From positions 62,001 to 126,000 of the forward strand of contig QPGO01000161.1 of assembly GCA_008632985.1 (NCBI GenBank): a stretch of DNA of 64,000 nucleotides, written 5' to 3'. Below are positions 35,778-48,214 of the stretch, one piece after another. The notes beneath the pieces were generated by a model, which ran no database searches, had not been told where the DNA came from, and worked only from the letters and a program-made list of their open reading frames with translations. Source of the DNA: Psammoneis japonica (taxonomy: Eukaryota). Made by a program: the position numbers and the translations under genes. The first letter of the stretch is position 1; the number at the start of each line of letters is the position of its first letter.

Positions 35778-38700
35778 CTGATAAGACGCATGAGTGTCGT
35801 AATGATAGAATTTTGTCGTCATTCTATTGAGGCACAGAGATGTGCATGGTGTCTCCTGAGGTCTTCGACATTTATGTGCATTGCATTAGCCAAATTATGA
35901 TGTGAAAAGCTGTTGCAGCTCCATGCGTGAGTGCTGCTGCAGGAGCCATGTGTTGCATGAAGAATCTGTCCTCCACATGTGGAAGGAACAGGCACACGCC
36001 CATGAGCTGCATGTGCTCTTAGACATTGTTCGGCAGCAGTCAGTCAAGTTCACTCTAGAAACTCATTCAGAGGTCGACATTGTGGAAAAGTCTCCATCAC
36101 CTCACAGTGCTGCAAACTGCAATCGTCTGTTGCTGGAGGGCCAAACACAAGTGCTGCACTGGTGCATGAGCAGGATTGATGGTGGCGCGATCCCCTCATT
36201 TCTCTCTCATCTTCTGCCAGCATCACATGGGCAAACTGAACCAATCTCATGCATTGGGTGGTGACCCTGACCCCACTTTCACCCCAGATTGATGAAATGT
36301 GTGAAACACACCCCTGTTTTGTGAAACACCCAAGTGACAAGCAGTGGCTTGGGTTGTCATGGTGCTTTTGACAGTCAAGCTGAGCAGTTTTTGCTGTTTG
36401 CACATTCAAATTACACACGCACTGACAGGGAGTGTTTGCTTCCGGAATGCTGCAGGTTTTGATCCACAATCAACCATGACTGATGACAGACCAATGACTG
36501 AGTGATCAACCCCTGCTGTGGTGGATTCCACACAAAATGTGGGGCAATGAGCAAAGCTGTGTGGTTTGCACAACAAAGCATGTGTTTTGCAGAACAACAC
36601 ATGATTTTGTGATCCCCCCTCCACCCACTTCACCGCAGAGGTTGTGCCCAATGCACGAGATTAATTCAGCACACCCCATGCTGTGATTGCTTCCATTTCA
36701 ACCATGTTGGCGCCATGTCTGAGACCCATTTGGATTGTGCACCTCTTTGTTGTGTTTTTTTTCATTGGGCAAGATAGAATCTTGAAAACGTTGCAAAAGA
36801 AAGCTCAAGAGGCCTGCTGAAAGCCCCTCAAGCTGCAAGTGGAATTTTTTAATTGGTGGCTTTGTGCAGCACACAAGGAAGCAGAACTCAACATTTGGCA
36901 ATGCACAGAGCACTTGTCACACACCTTGCAAGCAGCACAATGTTGCACAATCATTGGTTTTGCCCCAGCCAAGGCAACAGTTGAGCAATTTGCTCACTTT
37001 GTCAGAGCTGACACTGTCTGACACATGGCTGGTGCAAAGCGAAGCAGCTGATGCTGTTCAACGCACAACTGGTGCAAAGCAAAGCAGGTGGTGCACGTGG
37101 ATTGCACCACAGGCAACATCATTCCCTGAGAAGCAAGAGACAATGCACTGGCATCAATCCACAAATGAGATTGACAAAGCAGTTGGCAAGCTTGACTGAC
37201 AATGTCGCTGAAGCTGGAACTGTGTTCATGGACAAATGGTGATCTCAGATGGAGAGGAGCTTTGGAGCAGGCTCTCCCCACTTCACAATGGTTCTCACAG
37301 GAAACACAAAGACTGTTGCACTCCCCAAAATGACCACAGAAGCTTGCAAGCAAAGACCTTTTTTCAGCAGATTGCATCAAAAACTGCACACAACAAGAAT
37401 TCTTGGAACAGAAATTAGACCTCTTGATGCATGAGACAAGTTGTTGGGAACACTTGTGGACAAAACAACAGCTCTGTTTGACAACAGATCTGACAAAAGG
37501 GGGCCGACAATGTCACTTGCTTCCACATCTGGGCAGGCTGAAAGACAGAGCAAAAATGACAGAAGTTGATCCATTCAGATGGACTTGGGTTTGATTGAAG
37601 CAGGGCATTTTGACACATTTGATTGACAAGATGCCAGCCTTCAAAGGTGGCATGTTTGGTCTTGTTTCCCATGGCTTCCTGCAAGCTGCCATGATGCAGA
37701 GCATTGTGGAGCAAATGTTGCACAGCTCAAGCAAAAAGACCATGCTGGGAGCAACAAGAGCTTGCAGCTGGGAACCACAACTGCAGCTGTCATGCTGCTG
37801 CCTTGAGCAGAAATTCATCAATGGTGCAGGGCTTGGGAGAAAGTCTTGGGGTGAGTCAATCCAAGCACAAAGAGATGCCATCTGCCATCTTGACTCCAAC
37901 AATGAGCAAAGCAGGAAGCACTGCAGCATCAAACCAAACAAAAGTGGGCAAAAAGAGCTCATCTTGGTTTGGGTGTGGTTGAAATTTCCCATTTGATGGA
38001 CCAACCATTGAGAACATGCCATCTCATCCAAAACTTGAGGGAAAAAAACTAAATTGGACAATGCAATGCTCGGAATGCACAACATTGGTGTGAAAGGAGA
38101 ACACTTCTTAGAGTGTGAAACAGAGCCACATGCACCAACAATGGCGGCAGGCTTGCAAAACTGATGGGGAGATTGTCAAGTGCAGCAAAACCCCCAAGCA
38201 GGGACACGCGTCATTTTTTTGTTTTCAGACAAACCTTGCTGCTCAAAACTCCTTTTTCACAAATTGAATCTCTGCAAGACATTGACCATTTGTTGCAGAC
38301 ACTTCACAACAAATGGACAAACCAAATGAACACAGAACAAGTGCTTTGCAACTCAACACACATTCAATGGATGTCCAAACAGCAGCACAGTTTCACTGTT
38401 TGGCAGCTCTCCTTTTGACACCCTTCTGTCATGGAGACAAAATTTTGCCGTGGATGACAAATGATGACAACAAAGAGCAACAAACAGAGCCGAAAGGTGA
38501 CAAAGGGAGACAAGTTCAAAACAAGGCATCCAAGATGCACAGACAGAGACAACAGAGACAAATCAATGAAAGTCAAGATAAAATGGGCTCTTTGGCTCTT
38601 TGCTGTGCCATGCAGTGGCAGTCATTTTGCAGCTTGGCAGGTGACATCACATGTCTGTCTGTCCTGTCATCAATCAATTTGTTGGTTTTGTCTCTGTCTG

Positions 38701-40064
38701 GCATTTGTCAGTGCCACCACACATCCATCTGTCTCATTGCCAATCAATCCATTGGTTTTGTCTCTGTCTGTCTCCATTGGAGACACAATTTTCCTGTCTG
38801 TCTTGTTTGTCTCTGTTTGTCATGGTTTTTTGTTGTTTGTCATGGTTTGTTGTTGACCACAAATTTTTGTCTCCTCCACTTGTCTCATGAAAAATGCTTT
38901 TGTTTCAAAAATGGAGACAAATTGCCAAAAAAAAATTGCTTGCTGAGTGAAGTGATGCACACGTCAACAGGCAACATCAAAGTCAACCTTCACAAACATG
39001 CGCATGTGCAATCATTTGTTTGTCCTCAACAGTCTTTTTGCTGAAACTTTTTCACTCAAACAGGTCATTGCACCAGACAAATGTGCAGGACCATGGACAG
39101 CTTTTTTTAGAAAGTGAGACAAATTGCCATGTGTCCCAGAAGATGTGCATCAGCCACAGACAAGATGACAAAACCAAACTTGGCCGGCGGTGTTCAACAT
39201 GCAGTCACCACAATGGGGGCATGCTTTGAAGTAAAGAAGTGCATCATGACTGCCAAAACCCAACAAATTGCAAGTCAGAAGATGACCAGCAACAGCAGTG
39301 TTGAATCACAACAAGGGGCTGGCAAAAGGTGCATGATTTTTGGACAATGGCGGGCAGGTGGGAGGGGAGTGGTGGCAGTGAGAGCATGTTCATTGCATGA
39401 GATGTAGAGGGAATGCATGGAGAAGAATGAAAAAAAAAAGGACAACATTCACATTGCCAGTGTGGGAAAATGAGTGGCAAATTTTGCTGGTTTGAAGAAA
39501 ATGACCTTGCTGGTTTGTTGCACTGCAGGTGAAACACCAGCAACAGACATTGCCAGCAACAACCCAAGTTGGCAGAAGCGCACCTGAAAATGTCTTTTTC
39601 AATTGGCGGGTGATCTCTGCACAACACAGGTGATTTTGTGAGCTGCAAAGTGATTGACCCAAGAGATGCCAACAACTGCAGTGCTGTTGATGCAGAGGTT
39701 GAGAAGCAACCAACCAAGAGGGCAATTTCTTTTTCTTCTTTTCTCTCTCTCTTGAACAAAAAAAGGCAGAGCCAACATTCCACCAAATTTTGCTAACACA
39801 GAACAAAGAGCAGCCAAGGCAGGTCCCACTGGTTTGGATGTTTGTCCAGCCACACTCAGAAAATGGCAGGCACAACTGCACTGGTCAAAGTCAAGAGCAA
39901 GATTTTCATGGTGGCTTCATCAGTGGCTGGCTCTTGTTGTTGACATGTGGTGGTTGAGGCTGTTGTGTTTTAAAAAGATCCAAGGTGCAGTTGTTGTTGA
40001 GGGCAGGACAGATGGACGTGCTTGAAGGACTGCTGGTTTTCAAATCTCTCATGCTGGGTCAGTC

Positions 40065-40067
<3 letters not shown>

Positions 40068-40132
<65 letters not shown>
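40068..40132 (+). repeat. (TC)n microsatellite
   Basis: Perfect dinucleotide run. Confidence 1.
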
Positions 40133-40136
<4 letters not shown>

Positions 40137-40313
40137 CAAACAAAAGAACAGTCAAAATTGGCAAAGTCACTTTTCTGTCAAATGTGACAAACACAAACAA
40201 TGCTGGCAGCTGGGGCAATGAGAGCACCCCCAATCGAATGTTCATCCAAGTGTTTCACAAATGGCAGGCACAACAACGTTGGCCAAAGTCAGGAGAATGA
40301 GACTTTTGTGGTG

Positions 40314-40670
40314 TTTGTTCAAGAGAGACAGAGAGATGGGAATTTTGAACCAAATCATTCAAATGAACTCATCCATCCTCCTTTGGATCTTTTTGATGCA
40401 ACAACTTCCACCACATGAACAACAGCAGCTGGGTGACAAACAACACTGGGCTGGTGGCTGAGGAAGAGCTGCTTCAGTTGGACATTCATCTGACTGTTTC
40501 AGCAAACAACAGGCACAACAACATTGGCCAAAGTCAGGAGAACAACACTTTTGTGGTGGCTTCATCAATGGCTCAATGCTGTTGTTCATGTGGTGGAAGT
40601 TGTTGCATCAAAAAGATCCAAAGGAGGATGATTTGGTTCAAAACTCCCATCTCTGTCTCTTTTGAACAAA
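40314..40670. repeat. Inverted repeat, arms 40314-40427 and 40577-40670
   Basis: catcctcctttggatctttttgatgcaacaacttccaccacatgaacaacagca and its reverse complement. Associated 33-bp direct repeat at 40265 and 40510. Confidence 0.9.
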
Positions 40671-40739
40671 TGGCCAAAATTGGCATGGCAAACAAATGAC
40701 CCCTGTTTGCAATTCGACAGGACAAAGCTGGGAGGGGGG

Positions 40740-41700
40740 CATGGGAGATGCAAAGTTTGTGGCAGGAAAGAAGATTTCCAAGGTTTCTTTGCAAGCAGCT
40801 GCAACAGACAATCATGTGGTCAAGGCCAACGTGTTGTTCAGTGCAACTTGAAAGGTTTGGGAGGGGTTGTGAGCAGGGAGGGGTGGCCATTGTGCCCTTC
40901 CACAGCTGCTGTGGTTTGCTTGATGGCAGATCATTTGGGTGACAAGGGATGTGCAAGAATGTGGGATTTGACTGGGGCGGGTTCTTGATTTGCTCTGGTG
41001 GCATTGCCAAAGATGAGGTTGCACGGCTTTTCAAGAGTGGCTGCAGTTTGCTGGGCTTGTGGCCTTGAGCTTGAAGTTGAAGGCACAGTGTTCTTGTGTT
41101 TGCTTTCGCATTGGTGGCATCAGAGCAAAGATTTTTGAAGCAAAAGAGCATGCCCATGATTGATCAGGCCAGTGAGTGCTCCAGACGGATGAGCCAAGTG
41201 GGATGGCATGTGCACACACAAGCTCATTTCTTTTTTGCAGAGGGGGGTGTGAAGGTGGGAGCCTTGGAGCAAGATTGTGAGGTCCACACAAAGTCAAATT
41301 GGCAGCTTCAGGCTCTCGTGATTCAGGTGATGTTGAAGTCATCAAGCCTGGAGGCAAATGCATCCCATGTGTTGGTGGCAGTGTCTGAGTTTTGCCAGAT
41401 GCCAAAGACATTGTCAATGAGTTGTTTGCAGCAAAACAGCTGGGAGCCAAACTCCTCTGCAGCATGTCTTTGCACAGTGCGCAGCACAAAGAAGCACATG
41501 GAAGGGTGGGTGGTGTGCCCCCCTGCTGCCAGGTGGTGTCCCCAAATTTAAGTGCGTCATTTTCCATCATGATTCAGAGGGCTTTCATGAGGGCATCCAT
41601 TGGTGTGTTGTTGCAGTTGTTTTCATGATGTCAAAGACAGGAGGCAATCAATCACAGCACTTTGCTGGCAGGCATGTTGGAGCAGCAGGCCTTGACATTG
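40740..41700 (-). pseudogene. Penelope-like retroelement reverse transcriptase remnant
   Basis: MENDALKFGDTTWQQ..GTPP, LIDNVFGIW (xxDD motif), HMPSHLAHPSGALTGLI, FLHIP(Y>C)HPND, RNLGNLLS in shifting frames. Confidence 0.6.
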
Positions 41701-42489
41701 GACGTGAAGAGGAGGCATTGTGGTGCCATCTCCATTTGGATGAGGGCTTCTTTCAGGTCCAGGCAGGGAGCTCTTGAAGCATGGTTGTTGGCAGCAAGCA
41801 ACCTTCTGGAGCTGGCGGGGCAGGAGGTTGGTTCTGCCTTGGCAGTTCACAAGAAGGTTGGTGACTTGTGTCTTGAAGGCAGTGCAGTGGCATTTGACAA
41901 TGTTGGTGAGTTTCCAAGGGGGGGTTGTGTTGGACCAGAGGTGCATCCTTGGGCTGCAATCTCTGTTGTCATCATTGATTGGTGCACTGGCAAAATGCCC
42001 GCATTTGTTGAGGTCTTGTTTGAATTGTCCAAGTGTTTGTCCTCAGACCTTGGAGGACATGCCATTGTTGGTGAAGTGTTGTGTTCAAACAAATTTCAGA
42101 CTGAGAGACAAAGTGATGGTTGAAGGTTTTTTGGTGGTTGTTTCATCGCAGTGCAGTCATGAAAGGCAAGGTGTGAGGGCCTGCTGAAGTGGCACCAGGC
42201 AGGCATGTTTTGCAGGCAGGTGCAGGCATTGTGTTGCAGTGTGCAAGATGGATTGGCAACGAGTCTGTGCGCACAATGGATTCAGTGTTCAATTGCCTCC
42301 AGCACCTGTTCTGACTGGCACGTTGGAGAGCTGTTGCTTCTTTTTTGATGGCTGTCTCAGTGTGGAAATGTGACAATTGTTTTCGTTGGTGCTGCAGGTG
42401 TTGTTGTTGGCATTGTTGGCTTTGCAAATGTGCCGAGGGCATTGTTTCCTTGATTTACCTGCAACAAGACACCTTTGCCTTTTGCTTTT

Positions 42490-42717
42490 GTGGCTGCCTT
42501 GATGGGCGCTGAAACTGGCTTTGGAGAGCAGACGAATTTCTTGGTTGCAAGCAAATTGCTGTTTTTGACATTGTCCAGTTGCCACCGGCTGACAAGGTTG
42601 GTGTGTTGAAGGCCATCCACACCATGGAACGCTCATCCATCTGGCATGTGCGCGGCAGGTGTGCACAATGGCAAGCAACTCCCCATTGCTTTGATTCTTG
42701 AAAAACCAGCTCAAATG
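42490..42717 (-). pseudogene. 3' piece of an older Plavaka transposase, continuing from 56064-56420
   Basis: WFFKNQSNGELLAIVHTC and LQHTNLVSRWQLDNVKNSNL match CFFQRESDGDLHAVVHPC and MQHTDLVSRCQLDQVKNNNL of 15713-16696. Confidence 0.8.
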
Positions 42718-43465
42718 CTTGGTTTGGTTTTGCCGTGTTTTTGAACAAAATTCCCCGGGATCACCACCTTTTACCCTGTTTTTCTACGGAAAGGGTGAAT
42801 TCCCGGGGAATCGACACGAGTTGCCCTTCGTTGCATGCATGCTTGGTGCACGAATGAAGAATTGCACATCGGCAATTCCCCGTGCTTCCCCTCTCATACA
42901 TTTCCACGTGTTCTGCGTGCCGGCACGTGCGGAGCCACACATCAGACATCAGAACTGAAATCAACAATCGCAACAAAAATGGGCAACATGCCATGGAGCG
43001 GCTTGCACCCCATTTGTGACGGCTTTTGTCCAACAATGATGACACCAGTCAATCCAGTGAACAACATTGCGATCGACAGCATAAAACACAAAATGAATGG
43101 AAGCTTGACAGACCATTTTTAGAAAAAAATGGTGCATTGACAGATCGTTGCACTCATTCTTTTGTCGTGCGGTCACAAGTGCAAGCCATGTGGTGTCTGC
43201 AGCAAAATCCAAGGCAAAAGCAGAGCTGTCCATGGCAAACAAAAATGTGGCGGATTGAATGGTCTTGCTTGTTTTTCCAGTCGACACATCTCATGTTCAG
43301 AATGAAGCGGATCATTTAGAATCACTGTTGTCGTCCAGCTACAAATGCAAACCATGAGGCATCTAAAGTGAAGGCTCAGGCAAAAGCAGAACCTCGCCAG
43401 GCTAAAAAAAACATGTCAGATTGATCATTCATGCTCATTCTTTCCTTTGAACTGTCTCATTTGTC

Positions 43466-43744
43466 TGCCGAGTGTCACGGTCATCAATGTTCATTCGTGG
43501 ATGTCAGCATGGTGTCAAAAGTGTCAAAAGGATGTCAACGATGACACTTTCTAGAAACCTCTTCTCTTTTCTTGATGCATCTCGATGCCTCTCAAAAGAT
43601 TGTTTCTTTGTGTTTCTGCGCAGTTTCTCAGCATTGATTCTGCCAGATTTCGGAGTGGCCGAATCTCTTTCATTTCTTCTCACAACATTGGCAACAGTCC
43701 ACTTTACAACGCCATTTTGTGCAACTGCTTGGCGCCACTTGGCA
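43466..43744 (+). repeat. 5' LTR
   Basis: TGCCGAGTG...CACTTGGCA; direct repeat of 47923-48214. Confidence 0.95.
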
Positions 43745-43786
43745 CAGCAAATTCACTCCCAAACACTTGTCCATCTCTCTCAAGAC

Positions 43787-44912
43787 ATGTCTGCCGACCA
43801 CATTGTCCTGACCAGACATGTCAGCAGAAAACTGCCCAATCGAACTTGAGCGTCCTGATCACTCTGAAGAAGAGCAACGCAAAGACCAGTTTGTGTCTTT
43901 TGAAAGCCCCGTTGATCCTGACGATCCAGATGGGCTTGAAACTGCAATCAAGGTGCAAAAGCTGGCTTTGACTGAACCGGAAGATGTTCTTGCCTTCTGG
44001 TCAAACTTCGACGAACTTGTCGATGACCTCGGAACGGCTGAAGGACAGTCACGTTTCCGACTTGTGACCAGACTCATGACCGGAACACCAAAAGACGACT
44101 GGGAAATCATCGCAAACGAATGCGAAAACCGCGACCAAGACACATTCAACACTTGTCGCAAAGAATTCCAACTCCAGTGCACGCACAGAGAAATTGCCCT
44201 TGATGCCAAGGAATGGCTTCAAAGTCTTGAGAAGCCCAGAAACCAATCTGTCAAGTCATTTGTTGATGACATCCGTCGCTTTAATGAGTTGATTGGTGTC
44301 ATGCCTGCACCATCCGAAGACGATGACGAAAGGGTTCCGTCATTCACGGAAGCGGAATTGTCCGTGATCCTTCAAAAATGTGGACCCAGATCATGGGCCG
44401 AAACTCAGACCAAGGCTTGACTTCGCAACTTGGGCTTGAACGACCAAGCTCAATGCCACGAGAGTCTCCGATGCATGGAACAACATGGTGACAAAAGATC
44501 TGCCGACAACAACAGACGCAACAACAACCGGAATCGACGCAACAACGGTCAAAATGCGCGTCGTGGCCAGAATGACAACCAAAATTGCGACACCAGGAAC
44601 AAGAACCAAAACAACCATGGACAACCGTGTCCGATCCATGGCGTTGTACATCCAAATGGTCAAGAGTGCAATGTCACCCGTCGTGAACATGAAAATTACA
44701 AGCGGAATCATGCAAATTGGAGTGTGCCGAATCAACAAAATGACTCTCAAAGCAAACCAACACATGGCCATCCAACACGGAGTCGCACACGGAACGTCAA
44801 AAACAACAATGTGGACTCCAGAGCCAATCGCTCTGCTTCAAATGACACCGATGGCATCGTGTCAGACGACATCAACGATGTTTTTTTAAGACGTCACGTC
44901 TCTCCCAGATGA
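43787..44912 (+). pseudogene. gypsy gag-like gene
   Basis: Helical gag-like ORF after the 5' LTR, Asn/Arg-rich linker and CPIHGVVH...C knuckle-like motif. Internal TGA at 44418. Confidence 0.75.
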
Positions 44913-44929
44913 TCCCACTGAATCCGAGG

Positions 44930-47901
44930 TAAAAGACAACCTTGCCACGGAAGCGCGTGTCCAGATGATCGACACTCATTCTGGAATGCATGAGTTCCGC
45001 GTTGCTTTGCTCGACACCGGCGCAAATCGCAACTTTGTGAAGCACTCAGCCCTTCATGGAATTCCTCACAAAATCTGTAAATGTGACATTCCCGTTAAAG
45101 GCCGTTGCAGCACCATCGACCTGCGCGAGATTGCGACGCTGACGTTGAAGTTTCCAGACTTCGCATCATCCAAGAAGGTTTCCGTCGATGCTCATGTAGA
45201 AGACAAAGCCACAGGAAAACACGACATCATCATCAGAAGAAAAACCGCCACAGAAATGGGACTCGTTTTTTATTTTCGACATCAAACAATCACGTGGGAC
45301 GACGTTGCCCCATCCATGTGATCCAAGGGCTCTTTTGACCAAGTCGAGGTCAATGCAGTTCATCCCGGCGATGCTGAATTGCCCAAGTTCTTCCAGAACA
45401 CCGTCAACCGTCAGATTTGAGGTGTGATGAGCAATGCTTGCAACAAACACAATTGTTGTGACATGGTCTTACACTGCAAACACCTTGATGATGATCAGCA
45501 GCACCAACTCATCAAACTCTTCGGACGACATCCGCAATCATTTGATGGTGCGCTTGGAGCTGCACCAGGAAAACCCGTTCATTTGACCCTGAAACCAGGA
45601 TCACGTCCATGCTGCATGAAAGCCTGCACCACTCCGCAGGCGTCACATCCCATGGCTTGTAAAGAAGTGGACAAATTGGAAAAAATTGATGTCATTGCAT
45701 AAAAACTCCATTCTCCATGGGGAGCACCCTGTCTTTTCCGATCAAAGAAAAGCGGTGGCATCCGTTTCTCACCCGACTTGCAAAAGCTCAACGAGTGTCT
45801 TGAACGGCATCCATGTCCGCCACCTGTTGTCGACGACGTCGCATGGAAAATGAACGGATTTACCTTTGCAACTTGTCTGGACCTGAATCAAGGTTGCTGT
45901 CACTTCGTGCTCGATGACGAATCAAAAAAACTCTGCGGTGTCATCCTGCCGTGGGGCAAGCATTGCTGCAACCGCCTGCCACAAGGAATCAAACCAGCAA
46001 GCGATGTTTTTCAAGCCTGCATGACAGATGTTTTTCATGACATGGAAGACATCATGGTCTGCATTGACAATGTCATCCTCTTTGCCAAGAACGACTTCAA
46101 TCATCACTGCCAATGACTTGAACTTGTCTTGCAGCGGCTCCTCGCGAACAATCTTCATGTGCATGTTGAAGAATCATGTCTCGCCGCCAAGACCGTCAAC
46201 TGCTCAGGCTGCACCATGACTGCGAAAGGCGTTCAACCTCAGAAAAAGAAAATCCTGCCTTTGCTTTGCTTCGCTCGCCCTCAGAACCGTCGACAATTGC
46301 GTGGTTTCATCGGGTTCGTGAATTGTCACAAGAAATTGTGGCACCGACGCAGCCACACTCTCATGCCCTTAACTGCGCTGTCATTGGACAAAGTCAAATT
46401 CAAGTGGACTGACGTCCACGCCGAAGCCTTCAACCAGATGAAGAAAATTGTGGCGCGCGAAATCCTCCTCCGATTCCCCGACTTCTCTCGACCTTTCAAG
46501 ATCTATCCGGATGCGAGTGATTGTCAACTTGGTGCAGTGATTGCTCAAGATTTTGATGATGGCGAATGGCCAATTGCATTCTACAGCCAAAAATTGTCTC
46601 TGGCACAGCGAAACTACACGACGATGGAAAAAGAACTGCTGTCGCTCGTCGAGATGACCGAAAATTTCAAGAGCATCCTTTTTGGCCATTGATGCTGCCT
46701 TTTCACCAATCAAAAGAACCTTGCATTCGACAAATTCAAGTCAGAGCACATCAAACGCTGGCGTTTGCTTCTCGAAGAGTGTGATTGCTCTTTCGAGTGC
46801 TTGTCAGGCCACAAGAATGTTGTGGCCAATTTTTTGAGTCGCTGTCCCATTGTCCAAGTCGATCAAAGCGACTGTGAGGAAATGACTTCATTGGAAATCA
46901 ATCCTTCGACATTCTCTGTCACTTTCGACATTGTCGCCGACCATCAGAAAAAAGATTCTGCTCTCCAGCAGCGACTCGACAAGTCCGAAACCCACTCAGC
47001 CGAACCACTCAACAAAAAGCAGATTGTCCTTCGCAAGGACAAGATTGTCCTCCCTCCAACGCTTTTTCCTGCAGTCCTACGTTGGTGTCATGAAACTCTC
47101 TGTCATCCTGGTGCCAATCGCACCTGTCAAACCTTGGCTTCACATTTTTACATCCGTGACATGCAGATGAAAGTCCGCACTTTTGTCCATCAGTGCCGCG
47201 TGTGTTCCAAATCCAAGCGCATTGCAGCAAACTACGGTGAGCTGCCTCTCCCAGATGCTGTCTACAAGCCTTGGCAAGCAACTCAAGTCAATCTTTTCGG
47301 TCCCTGGGCATGTGCCGATAAGAATGGCATTGATCGCAAAATCAGAGCCGTTTCGATTGTTGATGTTGCAACCCACTGGATTGAACTCGCAAACCACAAG
47401 TCCAAAACGTCCGAAGACATTTCACTTGTGGTCGATCGCGAGTGGTTTTGTCGCCATCCGCGACCAGAAATTGTCATTTGTGACAATGGCTCCGAATTCA
47501 CTTCCGAGTTTGCAGATCTCCTCTGCAGTTGTGGTGTTAAACCGAAGCCTGCAACGATCAAGAATCCTCAAGCCAATGCGTTCGTTGAACGCATTCATCA
47601 AGTCATTGCCAATTCTCTCCGTGCGATGGATCTCCCTTCTCGCGATTGTGATGAAGACACGATTCGTGGAATTTTGCAATCCGTTGCATGGGCCTTGCGC
47701 AGTGCCTGCCACACTGCCCTTGTGTCATCTCCCGGACAAATTGTCTTCGGTCGAGACATGGTCATTTCAAAACACAAACTCAACACCAAAGATGGTCCCT
47801 TCCGTGTCGCACGTGTCCACACCAATGGAACCGTTGCCATCCAGCGCTCGCCTCACGTCACCGAACGTGTCAACATCCGCCGTCTTCACCCTGTCTTCTA
47901 A
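44930..47901 (+). pseudogene. gypsy pol (protease, RT, RNase H, integrase) with stops and frameshifts
   Basis: LLDTGA; LDLNQG..H; RLPQG; (Y>C)IDN; DASD.QLGAV; RNYTTMEKELL; H..LCHPG...C..C; DNGSEF; PQANAFVERIH. Confidence 0.95.
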
Positions 47902-47922
47902 CGTCTCAATTGGGGAAGCGAG

Positions 47923-48214
47923 TGCCGAGTGTCACGGTCATCTGTGTTCATTCGTGCGTTCATTTGTGGATGTCAGCATGGTGTCAAAAGTGTCAAAAGG
48001 ATGTCAACGGCGACACTTTCTAGAAACCTCTTCTCTTTTCTCGACACATCTCGATGCCTCTCGAAAGATTGTTTCTTTGCATTTTCTGCACGGTTTCTCA
48101 GTGTTGATTCTACGAGATTTCGGAGCAGCCGAATCTCTTTCATTTCTTCTCACAACATTGGCAACAGTCTACTTTACAATGCCATTTTACACAACTGCTT
48201 GGCGCCACTTGGCA
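47923..48214 (+). repeat. 3' LTR
   Basis: Direct repeat of 43466-43744, preceded by the PPT. Confidence 0.95.

Larger units (their letters stand above)
35900..42717. mobile_element. Second block of old TpA/CpG-eroded transposon remnants
   Basis: TA and CG nearly absent. Includes a Penelope-like RT remnant and the 3' piece of a split Plavaka gene. Confidence 0.7.
43466..48214 (+). mobile_element. Ty3/gypsy LTR retrotransposon, near full length, inactivated
   Basis: Two LTRs with TG..CA ends and short terminal inverted repeats. Polypurine tract GGGGAAGCGAG at 47912-47922. TSD TTGTC/TGGTC (4/5). Order gag-PR-RT-RH-IN. Confidence 0.95.

Noticed and set aside
38420..38930. Clusters of GACAA/TTGTC motifs in opposite orientation, possibly a MITE or subterminal repeats
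   Set aside because: No definable termini or TSD; too eroded to call.
39904..39923. Minus-strand CTGATGA...GAAA hammerhead-like core near the Penelope-like remnant
   Set aside because: Stems II and III do not pair convincingly by eye.
43729..43744. TGGCGCC as a tRNA primer-binding site
   Set aside because: It is present in both LTRs inside the terminal inverted repeat. No separate PBS was identified.
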